NCBI RefSeq assembly: GCF_001648895.1
Contig: NZ_LXUF01000001.1
Location: forward strand, 1,059,726-1,099,725
Length of the DNA stretch: 40,000 bases
DNA from: Methylovorus sp. MM2
GTDB lineage: Bacteria; Pseudomonadota; Gammaproteobacteria; Burkholderiales; Methylophilaceae
Direction of reading: 5' to 3'
The notes under the pieces were generated by a model that was given only the letters and a program-made list of their open reading frames with translations, made no database searches and was not told the origin of the DNA. Below, in pieces: positions 20,124 to 24,957 of the stretch (position 1 is its first letter; every line of letters begins with the position of its first letter). Made by a program: the position numbers and the translations under genes.

Positions 20124-20181
20124 TCCTAACGTTTGAATTAAGGGGCGCCGTTAGGCGTCCCGCTTGAATGATGGGTTAGGC
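20124..20181 (-). repeat. attC of cassette 10 (58-bp subtype)
   Basis: tcctaacgtttgaattaaggggcgccgttaggcgtcccgcttgaatgatgggttaggc. Confidence 0.85.
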
Positions 20182-20476
20182 TTATTTTTTTAGGTAGAGA
20201 AATTGCATAGAGTAATAAACCAATGGTTCCAATAAATTTAGCTATTAGAGGAGCTAGACCGAATAAAGGCGGATAACTGACAGTGCGAAAGTTTATTGCA
20301 AGTTGGAACATGATAAGCGGAGAAATAGTAGCTACTAAAGCTCCAAAGAAAAACATAGCGGTGGGTATGGTTCTTGAGCGCCAATAGAGAATGCCTGCGC
20401 CACATAAGAGAACATATTCCACAGTGTGACTTATGAGAAGCATTAAGTAGTTCATTATAGTTATCAAAATGATCAT
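20138..20476 (-). CDS. cassette 10 ORF: small multi-pass membrane protein; the C-terminal 13 aa are encoded by attC
   Basis: 112 aa and hydrophobic throughout. The frame skips the TAA in the attC core and ends ...LTHHSSGTPNGAP at a TAA near the distal core. Confidence 0.55.
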   Translation of the reverse strand: MIILITIMNYLMLLISHTVEYVLLCGAGILYWRSRTIPTAMFFFGALVATISPLIMFQLAINFRTVSYPPLFGLAPLIAKFIGTIGLLLYAISLPKKISLTHHSSGTPNGAP

Positions 20477-20486
20477 AATTTTTAAA

Positions 20487-20546
20487 GCCTAACGTTTGAG
20501 GTAAGAGGCGCGCGCAAGCGCGTTCTGCTTGACCGAGGGGTTAGCC
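20487..20546 (-). repeat. attC of cassette 9 (60 bp, divergent)
   Basis: gcctaacgtttgaggtaagaggcgcgcgcaagcgcgttctgcttgaccgaggggttagcc. Confidence 0.8.
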
Positions 20547-20552
20547 ATTTTT

Positions 20553-21047
20553 TTATTTAAAAAGTACATGCAGCTCATAACCTTTTCCCGTAGGCCAATT
20601 GTCTCGAGTAATTTCGATAGTTGATTTTCCAAGTTTAGCCTGGATTGGTTTGCCAGATTTAATTGCGGTAGAAATTGAAGAGGGCAATTTCTCTCCAGTA
20701 ATTTTCTTGCTCAAGACCTCTGATGAGTTGATAAGCTCGGAATAAGCAGAAGAAGTCTCTGATTTATTATTTATGTTTAATACTAATTTAGCTTGAGTAG
20801 CTAAACTACTTTCGCCTTCTACATAATATGCTAGGTTGTTTGCCATAGGAAAACCCGTACCAATTTCTTTATATCGACTACTGCAGCTAAATTGGTTTTC
20901 ATATAGATTTTTCCAGCCTCGTGTAGCAAGCCCCACCTCTTTTAAAAATGAGCACACTTTGATTGGAGAGGTTTCTACAAGAGCAGCATTTGCAGTGGCA
21001 ACCATGAATGAAGTTAGAGTGATTAGTAAGGTTATAAAACTACGCAT
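20553..21047 (-). CDS. cassette 9 ORF: secreted protein, unknown function
   Basis: 164 aa with signal peptide MRSFITLLITLTSFMVATANA. It is the only cassette with a clear SD (caggaa) ahead of the ATG. Confidence 0.65.
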   Translation of the reverse strand: MRSFITLLITLTSFMVATANAALVETSPIKVCSFLKEVGLATRGWKNLYENQFSCSSRYKEIGTGFPMANNLAYYVEGESSLATQAKLVLNINNKSETSSAYSELINSSEVLSKKITGEKLPSSISTAIKSGKPIQAKLGKSTIEITRDNWPTGKGYELHVLFK

Positions 21048-21062
21048 TGTGGTTCCTGAAAT

Positions 21063-21122
21063 GGCTAACGTTTGAATTAAGGGGCGCGCTTTAGCGCGTC
21101 CCGCTTGAATGATGGGTTAGGG
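21063..21122 (-). repeat. attC of cassette 8 (60 bp)
   Basis: ggctaacgtttgaattaaggggcgcgctttagcgcgtcccgcttgaatgatgggttaggg. Confidence 0.85.
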
Positions 21123-21131
21123 AACATAACC

Positions 21132-21461
21132 TTACCGCCACTCATGAATAGATGGAATTGGCCCGAAAGTTTTTGCCAGTACATAAAATGCGAGCAAGAA
21201 CAGGGCTGCCAAAAAGACTAGGCCTACAAAAAAGTAAAGCATATCAATTGCAAAATGTTTCGCGCTAAGTCGCACAGCACTTACAAACCCTTTTTGCTTT
21301 TTGACTTCTGATTCATAAGAGAGAGAATCAGTTTTTGGGAAACTAATTATATTTAATGAAAGCAAACGTAGAGCAAAGCGACCAATGTCACTCACCCATT
21401 CTAGAAGAACAAAATAGAGAGCTCGATCAATAGTTCGAGACTGCATTTTTCTCGTTTCCAT
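21132..21461 (-). CDS. cassette 8 ORF: small membrane protein, unknown function
   Basis: 109 aa. C-terminal hydrophobic helix MLYFFVGLVFLAALFLLAFYVLA and an earlier amphipathic/hydrophobic segment. Confidence 0.55.
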   Translation of the reverse strand: METRKMQSRTIDRALYFVLLEWVSDIGRFALRLLSLNIISFPKTDSLSYESEVKKQKGFVSAVRLSAKHFAIDMLYFFVGLVFLAALFLLAFYVLAKTFGPIPSIHEWR

Positions 21462-21471
21462 GCTTATTATT

Positions 21472-21531
21472 CCCTAACGTTTGAATTAAGGGGCTGGCTT
21501 TAGCCAGTCCCGCTTGAATGATGGGTTAGCC
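21472..21531 (-). repeat. attC of cassette 7 (60 bp)
   Basis: ccctaacgtttgaattaaggggctggctttagccagtcccgcttgaatgatgggttagcc. Confidence 0.85.
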
Positions 21532-22026
21532 AGCATGCCGAGCCTTGAGCAAAGCACGCAGACCAAGTATAGCCAAAGCAGCCAAGGCCGAGAATACACA
21601 AAACAGATGTAACTCTCTGAGCGGGACAAGCTGATAAAGGGCGTTTGTTTCACTGAACGGTGAAAGTGGGACGATATCAGAGTGCATGACACTATCTAGC
21701 ACGATATGAGAATAGCTACCTGCTGCTGCACCTAACCAAATGGGTATTGGCTTTAAGCTTTGCCAATGAAATAAATTAGGTAACTTTAAACGGGAGGCCA
21801 GCTTTAGGGAGAGCATGAAAATAAGGGCTGTAAGCACCATGATGATGGTAGCGCCAACATAGGTATGAAAGAACCGATGCAATGGATATTGGTGAGTAAC
21901 TATGAAATATAGCGGCTCAATATCAATGAGTATATTAGCTGAACAGAAAGCTAGGAAACTGACATGCTTCGGTGCAACCGCATGAAGTGCAGCGCCAGGG
22001 CCAAAATGAAAAGGGGTAAATGGCAT
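21526..22026 (-). CDS. cassette 7 ORF: multi-pass membrane protein, possibly a DUF4184-like membrane metal-dependent hydrolase
   Basis: I take the start at 22026 (MPFTPFHFGPGAALHAV...). The track start at 22056 lies in the neighbouring attC. His-rich conserved-looking positions (FHFGP, THQYPLHRFFHTY, SYSHIVLDSVMHSD) sit between TM helices. The family call is from memory only. Confidence 0.55.
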   Translation of the reverse strand: MPFTPFHFGPGAALHAVAPKHVSFLAFCSANILIDIEPLYFIVTHQYPLHRFFHTYVGATIIMVLTALIFMLSLKLASRLKLPNLFHWQSLKPIPIWLGAAAGSYSHIVLDSVMHSDIVPLSPFSETNALYQLVPLRELHLFCVFSALAALAILGLRALLKARHAG

Positions 22027-22040
22027 CGTTGGTTTTAGAG

Positions 22041-22100
22041 GGCTAACGTTTGACATAAGGGGCGCGCTTTAGCGCGTCCCGCTTGATGGAATGGTTAGAG
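22041..22100 (-). repeat. attC of cassette 6 (60 bp)
   Basis: ggctaacgtttgacataaggggcgcgctttagcgcgtcccgcttgatggaatggttagag. Confidence 0.85.
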
Positions 22101-22103
22101 GTT

Positions 22104-22610
22104 TTAAGCCGCATGATTTGTAAAAGGCTTGGTAATGAACTTGGCAATTGAATGAGCCCTAAATAAGAAGGCTAAAGCAATAATTAACTCTATCAATATA
22201 AAGCTGACATCTGCTTTGCCTTCGGCACCTAAAGTATCAAGGATTGAGGCAGAACCAGCTTTTAAGCTCGTTTGAAACAGGTACGATACTAAATCGGGTG
22301 CAGCATCGACGACTTTCCATAACCCTAGCATTGCAATGCCTACGGTTGCAACTTCATCTGGACGTGTATTGAGCCGATTTTCGAAGGTGGTTTTTGGTAC
22401 TAGTTTATGAGAGATAACCATCGGGAAAAACCAAGAAAGCACTGCAACTGATAAATATATAGTACCAATAACTAACGAGGCCGAGGCTTTGTCATCCATT
22501 CCATGGGACCACAATGCATTGGGCATTCCTGAAAGGTAAGGAATTGAAAATAAAGCCATCGTTATTGAAAACATACGTATAGCCAAACCGACGAATTGCT
22601 GCGGAGTCAT
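22104..22610 (-). CDS. cassette 6 ORF: multi-pass membrane protein, unknown function
   Basis: I take the start at 22610 (MTPQQFVGLAIRMF...). It is preceded by GTTAGAGGTGAAAAT, so the attC core plus flank forms a GAGGTGA SD. 168 aa with about 4 hydrophobic helices. Confidence 0.6.
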   Translation of the reverse strand: MTPQQFVGLAIRMFSITMALFSIPYLSGMPNALWSHGMDDKASASLVIGTIYLSVAVLSWFFPMVISHKLVPKTTFENRLNTRPDEVATVGIAMLGLWKVVDAAPDLVSYLFQTSLKAGSASILDTLGAEGKADVSFILIELIIALAFLFRAHSIAKFITKPFTNHAA

Positions 22611-22618
22611 ATTTTCAC

Positions 22619-22678
22619 CTCTAACGTTTGAATTAAGGGGCACGCTTTAGCGTGTCCTGCTTGAATGATGGGTTGGGG
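22619..22678 (-). repeat. attC of cassette 5 (60 bp)
   Basis: ctctaacgtttgaattaaggggcacgctttagcgtgtcctgcttgaatgatgggttgggg. Confidence 0.85.
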
Positions 22679-22732
22679 CGCTCATAGATTCTGGCTGAGT
22701 TTCGAGTTTGCAGTTGTTCTAAAGACGCGAAG

Positions 22733-23101
22733 CTACCGATGCTTCTTATGGCCAAAAGAAAACAACGCAACGAAACCTGAGAGCCAATAAGTGATTATGC
22801 TAAAGGCAAGCAACATTACACGAGACGGATCATTGCTTGCGTGGAATCCCCACTGGATTAAGAAGCCGACAAGAATCGATGTCCACGCGCAGCTAAGTGC
22901 AATAGAACGTTCAGATCCGCGAAGTACCGCAACGAACACTGTAAGAAGGGGGGCAGCCGATACGACGGCGAAGACCACTACCGCAGATAAAAAGCCGTGA
23001 CCACCTTCCGGCAGATTTGATGCCACAAGTATCTCTCCTGCCATAAGTACAAGCAAAAGTACCGCTGTGGTCTTGGTCAACACGTTCGTATCAGTAGACA
23101 T
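22733..23101 (-). CDS. cassette 5 ORF: four-TM membrane protein, unknown function
   Basis: 122 aa and almost entirely hydrophobic, with a basic C-terminus (GHKKHR). A 54-nt spacer separates the stop from attC. Confidence 0.55.
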   Translation of the reverse strand: MSTDTNVLTKTTAVLLLVLMAGEILVASNLPEGGHGFLSAVVVFAVVSAAPLLTVFVAVLRGSERSIALSCAWTSILVGFLIQWGFHASNDPSRVMLLAFSIITYWLSGFVALFSFGHKKHR

Positions 23102-23106
23102 GTGCG

Positions 23107-23166
23107 CCCCAACGTTTGAATTAAGGGGCGTGCTTTAGCACGTCCCGCTTGAATGATGGGTTAGAC
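23107..23166 (-). repeat. attC of cassette 4 (60 bp)
   Basis: ccccaacgtttgaattaaggggcgtgctttagcacgtcccgcttgaatgatgggttagac. Confidence 0.85.
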
Positions 23167-23175
23167 GACATAATT

Positions 23176-23520
23176 TTACAATGGTGGTGAAGGTGGAAAC
23201 CCACGATGTAGAAACCAATCGGCGGCGAAGAAAATAAGTGGCGCTACAATAATTGAGATGGTGCATGCAACAAAACGGAATAATTTAGTCTGTTTTTGAC
23301 CGCCACGGTAAAACAACCAGAAGAAAAACGTACTAAGCCATATAACAAGAGCCACATAAGGCAGTACACCACTTAAAACAACCCATTGCTCTGTATAGTT
23401 ACTAACACCACCACCAACATTAAGCCAATTGTACATAAAGGCGCTGTATGCACTGCAATACGCAGAGAGAGCTGCAGCAATGTTGGTATAAAATAACAAC
23501 TTAAATGCTCTATTCTTCAT
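23176..23520 (-). CDS. cassette 4 ORF: three/four-TM membrane protein, unknown function
   Basis: 114 aa with aromatic-rich hydrophobic helices (VALVIWLSTFFFWLFY, ISIIVAPLIFFAADWF). Confidence 0.55.
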   Translation of the reverse strand: MKNRAFKLLFYTNIAAALSAYCSAYSAFMYNWLNVGGGVSNYTEQWVVLSGVLPYVALVIWLSTFFFWLFYRGGQKQTKLFRFVACTISIIVAPLIFFAADWFLHRGFPPSPPL

Positions 23521-23524
23521 GGCG

Positions 23525-23582
23525 TTCTAACGTTTGAATTAAGGGGCGCCGCTAGGCGTCCCGCTTGAATGATGGGTTAGAG
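23525..23582 (-). repeat. attC of cassette 3 (58-bp subtype)
   Basis: ttctaacgtttgaattaaggggcgccgctaggcgtcccgcttgaatgatgggttagag. Confidence 0.85.
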
Positions 23583-23867
23583 CTCATGTTTAACTCTCCA
23601 CTCTTCAGTCCAGGAGTGAATTTTGACGTGATGCACTTGCTTCGAGTTATCAGTACGTTCACTTTTTAGCATGGAGGTAGTTAATTCATTGCTGCCCCAA
23701 TCTTGAGTAAAAAGATGATTATGGTCGCACACGCCTTTCTCAAGCTTTTGCAGCATATTGGAAAGGGACTTTTGTAAAAGCTCAATTCCCTCTTTATTTG
23801 CATGAATATTGACCGTATCACCTTCTGGTGATGTAACAAAACTTAAAAGAGGAGCAACTTTAGTCAT
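23577..23867 (-). CDS. cassette 3 ORF: 96-aa soluble protein, possibly immunity-protein-like (Imm32-type)
   Basis: No hydrophobic segment. The central CDHNHLFTQDWGSNEL reminds me of the H.HL..W motif of small Imm32-type immunity proteins. This is recollection only and is not verified. Confidence 0.5.
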   Translation of the reverse strand: MTKVAPLLSFVTSPEGDTVNIHANKEGIELLQKSLSNMLQKLEKGVCDHNHLFTQDWGSNELTTSMLKSERTDNSKQVHHVKIHSWTEEWRVKHEL

Positions 23868-23874
23868 TGGTGAG

Positions 23875-23932
23875 CTCTAACGTTTGAATTAAGGGGCGCC
23901 GTTAGGCGTCCCACTTGAATGATGGGTTAGGC
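23875..23932 (-). repeat. attC of cassette 2 (58-bp subtype)
   Basis: ctctaacgtttgaattaaggggcgccgttaggcgtcccacttgaatgatgggttaggc. Confidence 0.85.
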
Positions 23933-24329
23933 CATAACTTTGCTCAGCCATGTTTGCTGAATTTACGACGAGCCACCCAGCGTGCGCCCAAAGTGCGATA
24001 GAGATAAAAACCAAAATACCGCCAGAGAAAAATGCCGTAAAGAGCGACGCAAGATTTAAAGCGAGAACTGCGTTACCCAGACTAGGTTTGCTACTGGATG
24101 CTAGCTTGTAGGCAAGAACAGTTAGCAAGATGCCGGGGTATATGCCAAGAGTAAGTACGGTGAGAAGTAAGCCCATGCTGGGAGTTGGGAAGTTTGCTTT
24201 GTATAGTTTGCCAATTGAACCAGCTTTGAAAACCACCCAGATGGCACCATACAACCCTAAAGTAATACCATTGGCAAAGTAAAACTTTCCACGACTGTGG
24301 TTGATATTGCTGAGTAAACCATCGCTCAT
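23889..24329 (-). CDS. cassette 2 ORF: multi-pass membrane protein with repeated GxY-type helices (weakly DUF4234-like); the C-terminal tail is encoded by attC
   Basis: I take the start at 24329 (MSDGLLSN...). The track start at 24350 lies in the neighbouring attC. Contains GITLGLYGAIWV and LTLGIYPGILL. It ends with the same attC-encoded LTHHSSGTPNGAP as cassette 10. Confidence 0.55.
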   Translation of the reverse strand: MSDGLLSNINHSRGKFYFANGITLGLYGAIWVVFKAGSIGKLYKANFPTPSMGLLLTVLTLGIYPGILLTVLAYKLASSSKPSLGNAVLALNLASLFTAFFSGGILVFISIALWAHAGWLVVNSANMAEQSYGLTHHSSGTPNGAP

Positions 24330-24334
24330 TTTCT

Positions 24335-24394
24335 GCCTAACGTTTGACATAAGGGGCTTGCGATAGCAAGTCCCGCTTGATGGACGGGTTAGAG
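24335..24394 (-). repeat. attC of cassette 1 (60 bp)
   Basis: gcctaacgtttgacataaggggcttgcgatagcaagtcccgcttgatggacgggttagag. Confidence 0.85.
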
Positions 24395-24404
24395 CTCACG
24401 CCGT

Positions 24405-24818
24405 TTAGACCCATTTGGCAATTCCATAGACGATGGTTCCTATGCCAAAGGCAAGCTGCATACCAAAGAGAACACGGAACGCCACTGTATAGCGGATGAC
24501 GCCCGTGTGGCGCTTGGCGTCAAGCGCAAAGAGGCGGGAGTGCTGTGGAAATTGCTTTTCGTATTCCTTGAGCCCTGGTACGGCAAGCTTAAGAAGACTC
24601 TGGCTTCGTACATCGATTACAGCGAACACTACCGAGAGTACGACAACAAAGCCGCCGATGAGGGCGAATACGGCACCATGCGAAGACTTCTCTACGGCGG
24701 CAAATACGCCACCATTAGCGAACACCGAAAAGACAACGAAGAAGTTAAACGCTTTCAGTCGCTGCTCGGCGTTGAACGCAAAATGTTTCCAGAGATAATC
24801 GAATTCTTCGGTGTTCAT
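24405..24818 (-). CDS. cassette 1 ORF (attI-proximal): 137-aa membrane protein, unknown function
   Basis: N-terminal soluble segment MNTEEFDYLWKHFAFNAEQRLKAFNFF runs into hydrophobic helices (FVVFSVFANGGVFAAV, AVFALIGGFVVVLSVVFAVI, VLFGMQLAFGIGTIVYGIA). The ATG is 7 nt after the attI crossover core. Confidence 0.6.
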   Translation of the reverse strand: MNTEEFDYLWKHFAFNAEQRLKAFNFFVVFSVFANGGVFAAVEKSSHGAVFALIGGFVVVLSVVFAVIDVRSQSLLKLAVPGLKEYEKQFPQHSRLFALDAKRHTGVIRYTVAFRVLFGMQLAFGIGTIVYGIAKWV

Positions 24819-24843
24819 ATTTGGGCTCTAACGTAAAGTAGAC

Positions 24844-24872
24844 ATCCTATTTGACGCTTTATTTTGCGTCAA
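24844..24872 (-). promoter_or_regulatory. candidate cassette promoter (Pc-like) inside attI
   Basis: Minus strand reads TTGACG-(17 nt)-TAGGAT, with the -35 at 24872..24867 and the -10 at 24849..24844, firing toward the attI crossover and cassette 1. This is a sequence match only. The -35 lies within the inverted repeat. Confidence 0.35.
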
Positions 24873-24880
24873 ATAGTGAA

Positions 24881-24912
24881 TTGTCTTGTAATATTTAAAT
24901 GAAGAGTATAAT
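24881..24912 (+). promoter_or_regulatory. candidate intI promoter (Pint)
   Basis: Perfect TATAAT at 24907-24912, 46 nt upstream of the intI ATG. Only weak -35 options exist (ttgtct at 24881, ttgtaa at 24886). Confidence 0.4.
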
Positions 24913-24957
24913 GAAATCATGTGATTAAATATTTTTAGTACATCCTAAATTTAAAAT

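Larger units (their letters stand above)
24826..24957 (-). other. attI region (crossover core GTTAGAG on the minus strand at 24832..24826) plus the intI/cassette promoter region
   Basis: This is the single core-site copy not paired in an attC, and it sits between the first cassette and intI. It contains an 11-bp perfect inverted repeat (24847-24857 / 24866-24876) and an 8-bp direct repeat acatccta (24842-24849 and 24940-24947). Confidence 0.7.

Noticed and set aside
21486-21692. 68-aa minus-strand ORF overlapping the end of cassette 7 and its attC
   Set aside because: It is in a different frame from the better-supported 21526..22026 ORF and runs through the attC, so it is likely spurious.
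22611-22643. Longer N-terminal extensions of cassette ORFs given by the track (starts at 22643, 22056, 24350 and 19390)
   Set aside because: These starts lie inside or beyond the upstream attC, outside the cassette boundary. Internal ATGs a few nt after the core give sensible N-termini (MTPQQF, MPFTPFHF, MSDGLL, MRFFCLF). The attC-borne ATG is kept only as a low-interest finding.
19364-24394. Regularly recurring 58-63 bp repeats that could be mistaken for a CRISPR array or REP/MITE elements
   Set aside because: Spacing is 325-578 bp, far longer than CRISPR spacers, and each interval holds a complete ORF. The repeats are imperfect palindromes bounded by RYYYAAC/GTTRRRY cores, and an integron integrase sits at the end. 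No cas genes are present. These are attC sites.
24496-24836. Plus-strand ORFs antisense to cassettes (24496..24798, 24507..24836, 22791..23000, 20836..21075, 18937..19149, 19047..19229)
   Set aside because: Each overlaps a minus-strand cassette ORF that fits the attC boundaries exactly. These plus-strand ORFs cross attC or attI boundaries and have no supporting start context.
24833-24957. LexA/SOS box in the intI promoter
   Set aside because: No CTG or CAG trinucleotide occurs anywhere in this interval, so a CTGT-N8-ACAG site cannot be present.
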